64,000 nucleotides of DNA, from assembly GCA_018672055.1 (NCBI GenBank), contig JABHGM010000001.1, positions 136,884-200,883 on the forward strand, given 5' to 3'. The stretch comes from a bacterium. GTDB taxonomy: Bacteria; Patescibacteriota; Patescibacteriia; UBA1558; UBA10009. Under the pieces are notes generated by a model. It made no database searches, was not told where the DNA came from, and was given only the letters and a program-made list of their open reading frames with translations. A program made the translations under genes and the position numbers. The first letter of the stretch is position 1. Each line of letters starts with the position of its first letter. Below, piece by piece: positions 49,288 to 57,125 of the stretch.

Positions 49288-50660
49288 TGAGATTATTTTC
49301 AAACAAAATATTCGTTTTACTCTTAATTAGTACTTTCTTTTTAACTACTGGTTTATCTTGTAAATTATTTCCCGGTAAACAAGCTCCTGCTGCATATACC
49401 AAAGCTCAAACTTTAACTTTTTGGGGTGTCTGGGATACAAGTGATGATTTAGAAGTGTTGATAAAAGATTTTAAAGCTATACATCCAAATATTAAAATAA
49501 GTTATAAGAAGTTTAGATATCAAGAATATGAACAAAAACTTTTAGAAGCTTGGGCTGAAGACAGAGGTCCGGATATATATAGTATTCCAGCTACTTGGCT
49601 TAGAAAATATAAATCAAAAATTACTCCAATGCCGGATAGCACTAAACTTAGTTTTCAAGAAGTAAAAACTACTTTAGGTAAAACTGAAATAAATACCTAT
49701 GTTAGAGATATTCCAACCTACAGTGCTCGTGACATTAAAAATGAATTCGTTGATGTTGTCTATAATGATGTAATAATCGGTGGTAAAGTATTAGGTATAC
49801 CATTTAGCATGGATACTTTAGTTCTTTACTATAATAAAGATTTACTAGATGCTAGCGATATACCTGTACCTCCAACTGATTGGACTGAATTAAAAGAAGC
49901 TGTTAAAAAAATTACTAAAGTAAATAATAATAATGAAATATTACAAGCTGGTGTAGCTTTGGGTGTAGCTGACAATCTACCACATAGCGTTGATATAGCT
50001 TCTTTACTCATGATTCAAAATGGAGCACAAATGGTTGATGCTCGTGGTCAAGTTGCTTTCCATACTTCACCTACTAAAGATAAAAGTTATGCTCCAGGAC
50101 TCCAAGCTTTACAATTCTATCTAGACTTTGCAGATCCAATAAAAGAAGTATATTCTTGGAATAATAATCAAAATGATGCCTTTAATGCTTTTGTCTCGGG
50201 TAAACTTGCTATGTTCTACGGCTATTCATATCACTTACCTCTCATTAAAACTCAAGCTCCCAAATTAGAAATAGATATTGCCCCAATGACTCAGATAGAA
50301 GGTTCTCAAAAAAATATTAATTATACTGATTACTGGGTCTATACTGTTTCTCATAAATCAGCCAATACTGATGCTGCTTGGGGTTTTATAAACTTTGCTT
50401 CAGGTGACAAAGAAGTAACTAAGTATTTAAATCAAACTAAAAAACCTACAGCTTTAAGAAGTTTAATTACAAAGCAAAAAGCAGATCCAGAACTAGCAGT
50501 CTTTGCAGATCAAGTATTAACTGCTACCCATTGGTATAGAGGTAATGATGCTTTAAAAATGGAAGAATTCTTTAAAGAAATGTTAGACAGGCTACCTAAT
50601 GCAGCAGATCCTATTGAAATAATGCAAAACGCAGCTTTAAAAATAAATCAAACTTTATAA
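49287..50660 (+). CDS. ABC-type extracellular solute-binding lipoprotein (sugar-binding family 1), orphan
   Basis: Lipobox LTTGLSC, then TLTFWGVWDTSDD...LEAWAEDRGPDIYSIPATW typical of SBP_bac_1. No permease or ATPase genes are adjacent. The start overlaps the galU stop, and the stop lies 1 nt before the first pilin-like gene. Confidence 0.6.
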   Translation: MRLFSNKIFVLLLISTFFLTTGLSCKLFPGKQAPAAYTKAQTLTFWGVWDTSDDLEVLIKDFKAIHPNIKISYKKFRYQEYEQKLLEAWAEDRGPDIYSIPATWLRKYKSKITPMPDSTKLSFQEVKTTLGKTEINTYVRDIPTYSARDIKNEFVDVVYNDVIIGGKVLGIPFSMDTLVLYYNKDLLDASDIPVPPTDWTELKEAVKKITKVNNNNEILQAGVALGVADNLPHSVDIASLLMIQNGAQMVDARGQVAFHTSPTKDKSYAPGLQALQFYLDFADPIKEVYSWNNNQNDAFNAFVSGKLAMFYGYSYHLPLIKTQAPKLEIDIAPMTQIEGSQKNINYTDYWVYTVSHKSANTDAAWGFINFASGDKEVTKYLNQTKKPTALRSLITKQKADPELAVFADQVLTATHWYRGNDALKMEEFFKEMLDRLPNAADPIEIMQNAALKINQTL

Positions 50661-50661
50661 T

Positions 50662-51417
50662 ATGAAATTATTTATATTAATAATTACTTTGCTTATACTA
50701 TTAAACCCATTAGCAGCTGAGGCTAGTGTCTTACCTGCTTGTACAGCTACTGGTAATTGTGGTTTATGTGACTTTTTTGATACTTTCATTAATATTATAA
50801 ATTGGTTACTAGGCGTTGTTGGTGGAATTGCTCTTTTCTTATTTGGCTGGCATGGTTTTGGTATGATAACTAGCGCAGGTAACCCAGAAAAAGTAACTGC
50901 TGCCAGAAAAGGCATGATGCATACTGTTTTAGGAATAGTTATTATTATTTTCTCTTGGTTCTTAGTTACTATCATAATCGGCATATTACTATCAACACCT
51001 GGTTCTACAGGTGATGATGCTTTCAAAAATACTTTATTTAATAATGAAGCTGCTTGGAATCAATATTGTGTAGGTAAGACTGATATTAAAAAATGCCAAG
51101 GCAGAGGCCTAGGTAGTCCTTGTGGTAGTGGTAACTTCTGTTATCCTGACGATGGTAACAAAAAAGTACTAACTTGTACTAATTCAGCTTTTATAGATAA
51201 TAAAGATGGGGATGCTCTGATTGAGGTCAAGAATGCCTGTGAATATTGGGCCAATAGGCCACTCAACCCTAAAGAAGGTTTTCATAATAATCCATACACT
51301 GGCTATACTTGTTTAGAAAAAAAATTATGTGATCCATATGAAAATTTAGGTGCCAGTTATTGTGCTACTTCTGATGCTGAATGTTGTCTGACGCTCCCCT
51401 TTGATCCTTTTTTATAA
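50662..51417 (+). CDS. VirB2/TrbC-like (T4SS-type) pilin-family paralog 1, with a ~140-aa Cys-rich C-terminal module
   Basis: Signal peptide, a variable segment (ACTATGNCGLCDFF), the helix-loop-helix core LFGWHGFGMITSAGNPEKVTAARKG then IIIFSWFLVTIIIG, and a tail with about 15 Cys. Confidence 0.5.
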   Translation: MKLFILIITLLILLNPLAAEASVLPACTATGNCGLCDFFDTFINIINWLLGVVGGIALFLFGWHGFGMITSAGNPEKVTAARKGMMHTVLGIVIIIFSWFLVTIIIGILLSTPGSTGDDAFKNTLFNNEAAWNQYCVGKTDIKKCQGRGLGSPCGSGNFCYPDDGNKKVLTCTNSAFIDNKDGDALIEVKNACEYWANRPLNPKEGFHNNPYTGYTCLEKKLCDPYENLGASYCATSDAECCLTLPFDPFL

Positions 51418-51431
51418 TAATATAAATAAAT

Positions 51432-51827
51432 ATGATAAATAAAAAAAACATTTCAATTCTTTTCCTAGCTATTCTAATGGCTACTCTAATCATTCCTCTA
51501 CCTTTAACTCTAAATGCTGCTGGTAACTGTGGTAACAGTTATTCTGAAGACGATTCAGGAAGTTGTTTAGAAAATCCTTTAGGCTCAGAAACAATTGATC
51601 TGCCAACTTTATATGGTAGGTTACTTTTCTACGGTGTCCTTTTTGTAACTGGTGGTGTAGCTTTAATTATGTTTGTAATAGGTGGCTTTATGTGGATGAC
51701 TGCAGCAGGTAATCCTGAGAAAATTAAAAAAGGTAAAGACACATTAATGTGGGCTATCTTGGGAATAATATTGATATTTTCTAGTTATTCCATACTTCGT
51801 GCTATCTTTGAAATATTACAATTTTAA
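51432..51827 (+). CDS. VirB2/TrbC-like pilin-family paralog 2
   Basis: Signal peptide, a GNCG-containing variable segment, then the core GGFMWMTAAGNPEKIKKGKDTLMWAILGIILIF. Confidence 0.55.
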   Translation: MINKKNISILFLAILMATLIIPLPLTLNAAGNCGNSYSEDDSGSCLENPLGSETIDLPTLYGRLLFYGVLFVTGGVALIMFVIGGFMWMTAAGNPEKIKKGKDTLMWAILGIILIFSSYSILRAIFEILQF

Positions 51828-51961
51828 ATTATCTAGTTTTATTATTAGAATTATTGTATAATATAACTAGGTTATCCACATTTAAAATAAATTTAAATAA
51901 TATTAATTAAAGTAAATTAAAACAAAAACAAAATTTTAATTTACATTTAAGGAGCAAGTCT

Positions 51962-52351
51962 ATGAAAAAATACTTTTCAAAAAAAAGTATCATGGCTTCA
52001 GCAGCAACTATTCTTTGGGTAGTCCCAATGATAGTTGGCGCACAAGTTGATGCTGACTTTGGATTAGGTTATCCTGCAGCAACTGGCTTGGGCACAAACG
52101 ACTTAAAAGACACTATTATAGCTGTACTAAATGTACTGCTTGGTTTCTTAGGCATAATTGCCGTAATTGTAATCTTACTTGGTGGTTTCAAATGGATGAC
52201 AGCCGCTGGTAATGAAGACAAAGTCGCTGAAGCTAAAAAACTACTTGGCGCTGGTATTGTCGGTATAATAATTATATTATCCGCCTATGCAATTGCCACT
52301 TACGTTATTACTCAGATTCAAACCTCGACCGGTGGCACTTTAATTGAGTGA
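51962..52351 (+). CDS. VirB2/TrbC-like pilin-family paralog 3
   Basis: Strong SD AAGGAG. Signal peptide, then the core GGFKWMTAAGNEDKVAEAKKLLGAGIVGIIIILSAY. Confidence 0.55.
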   Translation: MKKYFSKKSIMASAATILWVVPMIVGAQVDADFGLGYPAATGLGTNDLKDTIIAVLNVLLGFLGIIAVIVILLGGFKWMTAAGNEDKVAEAKKLLGAGIVGIIIILSAYAIATYVITQIQTSTGGTLIE

Positions 52352-52450
52352 TAAACTTTAAAAAACTATAGTTATTTAAAGTCTAGACGTTTTCCTCCTC
52401 TGTTTGAGGGGGAATGGCTTAGACTGTAATGACAACTTATACAAAATTAA

Positions 52451-52864
52451 ATGTTTGAAAAACTATACAAACAGTTAATAATTCGGGCATTATTCTTTGC
52501 CCTATTTTTGTATTTGGTAATACCTTTTAATTTACAAGCTTCCCCTGCTGGTGATATTGCTACTCAAATATTAGAAGATACAGCTGTTGAAGCTAAATTA
52601 ATTAATTCAGCAGACAATGCTTTAAATATCTTTGAAATCTCTGGCTTTGTAATTAATATAGTTTTAGGATTTGTAGGTATAATATTTCTAGTCCTTATAA
52701 TTGCTGGTGGCTATATGTGGATGACTGCAGGAGGTAATGATGAAAAAGTAACTAAAGGTAAATCTCTTTTAACTCAATCAATTATAGCTTTAGCTGTTAT
52801 TCTAAGCGCTTTCCTATTAACCAACTTTGTTATAATAAGATTAATGACTAATCTATGGGGTTAA
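52451..52864 (+). CDS. VirB2/TrbC-like pilin-family paralog 4
   Basis: Core GGYMWMTAGGNDEKVTKGKSLLTQSIIALAVILSAF. Confidence 0.55.
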   Translation: MFEKLYKQLIIRALFFALFLYLVIPFNLQASPAGDIATQILEDTAVEAKLINSADNALNIFEISGFVINIVLGFVGIIFLVLIIAGGYMWMTAGGNDEKVTKGKSLLTQSIIALAVILSAFLLTNFVIIRLMTNLWG

Positions 52865-53526
52865 TTAAAAAAAACTTATTTTTAATTCTAATACTATGTT
52901 TTTTAATTATTCCTTTTTATACTCAAGCTGAAGCTGCTTGTCCAAAAAGTCTTAGTATTCAAGAATGTGTTAAATGGGGTCTAGAACAAACTAGCGCTGA
53001 AGCAGGCTATACATTTAATGAAAATCTTGATTCTCAAAGTATTTCAGAAACTGTAGGTAATATTATTTCAAATATTTTAACCTTTTTAGGTGCTTTAGTC
53101 TTGATAATGATTATTACGGCTGGTTTTCAATGGTTAACTGCCCAAGGCGATGAAGAGAAGCTAAACACTGCTAAATCTAGACTGAAGAATGCATTAATTG
53201 GTTTATTAATAATTGTAGCTGCATTTGCTATTACTACATTTGTAACTAGTAATCTAAAAAATATTATTGATGATGCTACAATACCTGATAATCCTGCTAA
53301 TTATATATGCTCTAATTATGATTATGATGTCTGTATTGATAATGTTGACAGAGCTTGTGGTTATTGGATTCCTGATCAAGGATGCTATCCAAACCCTTTT
53401 GACTGTGATTTACGATATCCTTCAGATTGTGAAATACCTGATCCTGATACAGGCCATGATGTTTGTTTGGGTGAAGGCGGTAACTGTATAATAACGCCCC
53501 AAGGCGATAGTTGTTATTGTAATTAA
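52855..53526 (+). CDS. VirB2/TrbC-like pilin-family paralog 5, with a Cys-rich C-terminal module
   Basis: Core AGFQWLTAQGDEEKLNTAKSRLKNALIGLLIIVAAF, then an ~85-aa tail with 12 Cys (CSNYDYDVCIDNVDRACGYW...CYCN). Overlaps paralog 4 by 10 nt. Confidence 0.55.
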   Translation: MGLIKKNLFLILILCFLIIPFYTQAEAACPKSLSIQECVKWGLEQTSAEAGYTFNENLDSQSISETVGNIISNILTFLGALVLIMIITAGFQWLTAQGDEEKLNTAKSRLKNALIGLLIIVAAFAITTFVTSNLKNIIDDATIPDNPANYICSNYDYDVCIDNVDRACGYWIPDQGCYPNPFDCDLRYPSDCEIPDPDTGHDVCLGEGGNCIITPQGDSCYCN

Positions 53527-53527
53527 T

Positions 53528-54073
53528 ATGAATAAAAAATATATAATTCTGTTTCTAACCTTAATAATCTTACTTATTCCTGTTTTAACATACTCCGCAA
53601 ATATTACAGATATAATAGAAGGGTTAGATAAAACAGCAGAAAAATCACTTTTAATAGATCCTAATGAAGAGGCTACTACAATATATGATATGATTGGACG
53701 TATTCTATTTTTTACTTTAAGCCTTCTTGGTATTATTTTCTTAGGTTTAATTATATTTGGTGGTATTGGTTGGTTAACAGCTGCTGGCAATGAAGAAAAG
53801 ATAACTAAAGCTAAAGGTTTGATGTCTAATGCTTTAATTGGTTTAATAATAATAATTGCTGCATATACTATAGCTAACTTTGTAATATTTACTTTAGCTG
53901 ATAAAATAACTGAGGGCAATGATTCATTATGTATAGAAGCTTCAGGAGAATGCCAAAACCATGCATTGGGTGCCACAGATTGCACAATTAATGGTTCTCC
54001 TGGTACTTATGCTTCTAATTATTGTGGAAGTCAATCAAATGATTCTCTTTATCGTTGCTGTATAGCTAACTAA
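53528..54073 (+). CDS. VirB2/TrbC-like pilin-family paralog 6, with a Cys-rich C-terminal module
   Basis: Core GGIGWLTAAGNEEKITKAKGLMSNALIGLIIIIAAY, then a ~60-aa tail with 8 Cys. Starts 1 nt after paralog 5. Confidence 0.55.
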   Translation: MNKKYIILFLTLIILLIPVLTYSANITDIIEGLDKTAEKSLLIDPNEEATTIYDMIGRILFFTLSLLGIIFLGLIIFGGIGWLTAAGNEEKITKAKGLMSNALIGLIIIIAAYTIANFVIFTLADKITEGNDSLCIEASGECQNHALGATDCTINGSPGTYASNYCGSQSNDSLYRCCIAN

Positions 54074-54079
54074 TAATTT

Positions 54080-54589
54080 ATGTTTTTAAATTTAAAAAAA
54101 TCTTTATTTATTCTAATAATAAGTTTTTTAATACTAAGTCCTTCTTTATTATTCGCTCAATCTCCAGAGGATCCTAGTAATCAACCTAATTATACTTATA
54201 AGCAAATTTGTAAATGGGGTGATAATTTAACTGATTGCTTAGAAGAAAATTATAATACTATTACTGGGACTGAGAATGATGATTTTGAAAAAGTAACTTC
54301 TGCAAGTTTATCTACAAAAATAGGAATTATCATTTCATACGTTTTAGCATTTTTAGGAGTTATTTTCTTAGTTTTAATTGTAATTTCTGGATTTCAATGG
54401 TTAACAGCTGGTGGGAATGAAGAAACTGTAACTACTTCTAGAAAAAGAATTATTAATGCTGTTGTTGGCCTCATTATTATTCTCTCTGCCTACGTTATTA
54501 CTGCTTTTGTTACTGATAGGATAGAAAGATCTATTGATAAAACAAATACTGTTAGTATTAATTTGCCTAGTGACTATTTATCTATTTAA
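54080..54589 (+). CDS. VirB2/TrbC-like pilin-family paralog 7
   Basis: Core SGFQWLTAGGNEETVTTSRKRIINAVVGLIIILSAY. Confidence 0.55.
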   Translation: MFLNLKKSLFILIISFLILSPSLLFAQSPEDPSNQPNYTYKQICKWGDNLTDCLEENYNTITGTENDDFEKVTSASLSTKIGIIISYVLAFLGVIFLVLIVISGFQWLTAGGNEETVTTSRKRIINAVVGLIIILSAYVITAFVTDRIERSIDKTNTVSINLPSDYLSI

Positions 54590-54604
54590 TATTTAATTAT
54601 TTAT

Positions 54605-54976
54605 ATGACTAAAAAAATTATAATTTCATTACTAATACTAATTATCTCTAGTTTTTTAATAATCCCCGCTCTAGCTCAAACAAATATAAATACCAATCTT
54701 GAAGCAGCTGGAGAAGGTGCTAAGTATAATATAGACGTTGATGATAATACTATACCTGAAATAATTGGTAAAGTAGTGGCTACTCTACTGGCTTTTGTCA
54801 CCTCAATTTTTATGATGATGGTTGTTTTCTCTGGCGTTCAATGGATGGTTGCTGGAGGTAATGAAGAAAAAATTACTAAAGCTCGTGGTAGATTAATAAG
54901 TAGTATTATTGGCGTAGGTATAACTGCTGCTGCTTATTTCATAACCTGGTTAATTACTGAAACTTTACTAAAATAA
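54605..54976 (+). CDS. VirB2/TrbC-like pilin-family paralog 8
   Basis: Core SGVQWMVAGGNEEKITKARGRLISSIIGVGITAAAY. Confidence 0.55.
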   Translation: MTKKIIISLLILIISSFLIIPALAQTNINTNLEAAGEGAKYNIDVDDNTIPEIIGKVVATLLAFVTSIFMMMVVFSGVQWMVAGGNEEKITKARGRLISSIIGVGITAAAYFITWLITETLLK

Positions 54977-54979
54977 AAT

Positions 54980-55648
54980 ATGAAATCATTTCTTTTAATA
55001 ATTGCTGTTTGTTTCTTAATCCTAGCACCCTTAACTGTGTCTAATGCTTTAAATTTAGGCCAAGAAACATATTTAGAAAGTTTAGCTGGTACAGCCGGCT
55101 ATCAAATTGATAGTGTTCAATCTAATACCTATCTTGATTCGACAATTGGTAAACTACTAGCAAGTATATTTACTTTAGTTGGTATTTCTTTCTTATCACT
55201 TATCATTGTTTCTGGATTTCAATGGATAAACGCTCATGGTAATGAAGAAAGCGCTAAAAAAGCTAAAGATCGAATAATCCATGCTACTATTGGATTAATT
55301 ATTATTGCTTCTTCCTATTTAATCTCCTTCTTCATATATAATTCAATAAATTCCTCAATTACTGGCGAGGTTAATAACTTTGTTCCAGAACCAGGCTTAG
55401 AATGTATAGATAATACAAATTGTATTGGGCATGAAAATGGACCTTACTGTAACTATAATCAAGCTACTGGTTATTGTGGTGGGTGTACAGATGACGATGA
55501 TTGTTCAAGCCCTACTCCTGAATGTGTACGTCCTCTTATTGGCCCTAGCTCATGTCATGAATGCGTAATAGATGCAGATTGTTCTGATAATTTTGGTCCC
55601 AGTTTTGTTTGTGGTAATTTCGAATGTATAGAAAATAATGATTTTTAA
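54980..55648 (+). CDS. VirB2/TrbC-like pilin-family paralog 9, with a Cys-rich C-terminal module
   Basis: Core SGFQWINAHGNEESAKKAKDRIIHATIGLIIIASSY, then a ~100-aa tail with 13 Cys, including the repeated C-x-E-C...D-x-C motifs CTDDDDCSSPTPEC and CHECVIDADC. Confidence 0.55.
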   Translation: MKSFLLIIAVCFLILAPLTVSNALNLGQETYLESLAGTAGYQIDSVQSNTYLDSTIGKLLASIFTLVGISFLSLIIVSGFQWINAHGNEESAKKAKDRIIHATIGLIIIASSYLISFFIYNSINSSITGEVNNFVPEPGLECIDNTNCIGHENGPYCNYNQATGYCGGCTDDDDCSSPTPECVRPLIGPSSCHECVIDADCSDNFGPSFVCGNFECIENNDF

Positions 55649-55653
55649 TTAAT

Positions 55654-56631
55654 ATGATAAAAAAATATAAAAAAATAATATTAAGCTCTCTAATCCTACT
55701 TTTTTTAATACTGGGAATAAATGTTTTAGCACAAGGTGGTTTTCAACAAGAGTTAATAAATAATATTGCTAGTACTACTGAAATTGTTGGTCAAGGACCA
55801 GGTTACAATACAAACGCTCAAGGTGAGGATTTTTTTGGAGGTATTTTAATTAAAATATTTGGTTATGGAATTAGTTTCTTAGGCGTTTTCTTCATGTTAC
55901 TTATTGTCTACTCTGGATTTCAATGGATGTTTTCTAGTGGTAATGAAGAAAAGGTTACTCAAGCTAAAACTAGAATTACTCAAGCAGTGACAGGTTTAGT
56001 TATTGTCTTAGGTGCTTTTATAATCTCCTATGCTATATTCTCATTCTTGACTACAGAATATTTAGAAACCCCTTCCTCTGGCATTCAAGCTCCTGATGGT
56101 TATCAAGAGCAAATAGCTTGTAGTAATTCTAATAGTGATACGCCTCCTGAATGCGCTGATAGAGGAACTAGAATATATTGTTCTAGCTCTGGTAATTGTG
56201 TTGAATGTTTAGACGACGCACGTTGTGCAGAAGCTCCATTTGAACCGCTCGGCTTAACATCTTGCGACCCAACTTGGAATGTTTGTACTTTCGATTTAGA
56301 TCATACATGTGCTGAAATTACCAACGCTGGCTTATGCATATCTAATGAAAGTTGTAATTGGGCACTGACACCGTCTAACCCAACATGGGAGACAGGTGTA
56401 TGTGTTAATTCAAATGAATATAATTGCACAACTGGACAATGCCCTCAAGATAGGCCATATTGCATAAATAATAATCAACCAGAAGGAGAATATAGCTGTC
56501 ATGAATGCAGCCCTGGTATAGATGCTTCATGTGGTCTTTTAAAAAACTGCACACAGCCATTTCTTGAAGGTGGTGAAGGTATCAATGAAGATGATTATCA
56601 TCTCTACATTTGTACAATTTTTGGTTTTTAA
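55654..56631 (+). CDS. VirB2/TrbC-like pilin-family paralog 10, with a long (~185-aa) Cys-rich C-terminal module
   Basis: Core SGFQWMFSSGNEEKVTQAKTRITQAVTGLVIVLGAF, then a tail with about 24 Cys including CVECLDDARC and CHECSPGIDASC, the same motif seen in paralog 9. Confidence 0.55.
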   Translation: MIKKYKKIILSSLILLFLILGINVLAQGGFQQELINNIASTTEIVGQGPGYNTNAQGEDFFGGILIKIFGYGISFLGVFFMLLIVYSGFQWMFSSGNEEKVTQAKTRITQAVTGLVIVLGAFIISYAIFSFLTTEYLETPSSGIQAPDGYQEQIACSNSNSDTPPECADRGTRIYCSSSGNCVECLDDARCAEAPFEPLGLTSCDPTWNVCTFDLDHTCAEITNAGLCISNESCNWALTPSNPTWETGVCVNSNEYNCTTGQCPQDRPYCINNNQPEGEYSCHECSPGIDASCGLLKNCTQPFLEGGEGINEDDYHLYICTIFGF

Positions 56632-56643
56632 ATAATAAAACAT

Positions 56644-57051
56644 ATGAAAAAAACAATATTAAAAATTTCTAGCCTTTCCCTTATTATAGGATTAGGCTTT
56701 ACAAAAATAGCTTTGGCTATGCCAACGTTAAATCCTTTAGCCAGAATGAAACACACTGCTGATGTTATTGGTCTGTCCACTGTAAATGTTCATCCAGCTG
56801 AAGTAGCAGCTAATATTATTGCCATCATACTCGGATTAGTAGGTATTATATTTTTTGTGATGATACTTTTTTCTGGTTATGAGCTTATGACTTCTGGTGG
56901 TAACGAAGAAGTAGTGGGTAGAGCTAAAAAAAGATTACAATATGCAATTATTGGAATTGTAGTAATCTCTCTTTCATACATAATAACTATTTATGTTTCT
57001 GAATTAATAAACAGAGCTACATGTGAAGGTTATTATTGTATTAATGAATAA
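56644..57051 (+). CDS. VirB2/TrbC-like pilin-family paralog 11
   Basis: Core SGYELMTSGGNEEVVGRAKKRLQYAIIGIVVISLSY, with the conserved Trp replaced, and a short C-terminal CEGYYCINE. A hairpin and T-run (AGACTGACTTCAT/ATGAAGTCAGTCT) follow the stop. Confidence 0.5.
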   Translation: MKKTILKISSLSLIIGLGFTKIALAMPTLNPLARMKHTADVIGLSTVNVHPAEVAANIIAIILGLVGIIFFVMILFSGYELMTSGGNEEVVGRAKKRLQYAIIGIVVISLSYIITIYVSELINRATCEGYYCINE

Positions 57052-57125
57052 TATATTATTTAAAGACTGACTTCATAAATGAAGTCAGTCTTTTTTATTT
57101 ACTAAATACTTGTTAAACTAGTAAC

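Noticed and set aside
53267-53985. ORFs 53267-53491(+) and 53422-53985(-) inside the pilin array
   Set aside because: These are alternative-frame or antisense readings of pilin paralogs 5 and 6 with no signal peptide or conserved core. The paralog frame is supported by family conservation.
50662-57051. Possibility that the periodic ~400-700-bp repeat structure is a CRISPR array or non-coding satellite
   Set aside because: The units are long, divergent at the DNA level, and each is a complete ORF with signal peptide and conserved protein motif. No short direct repeats with unique spacers are present anywhere in the window.
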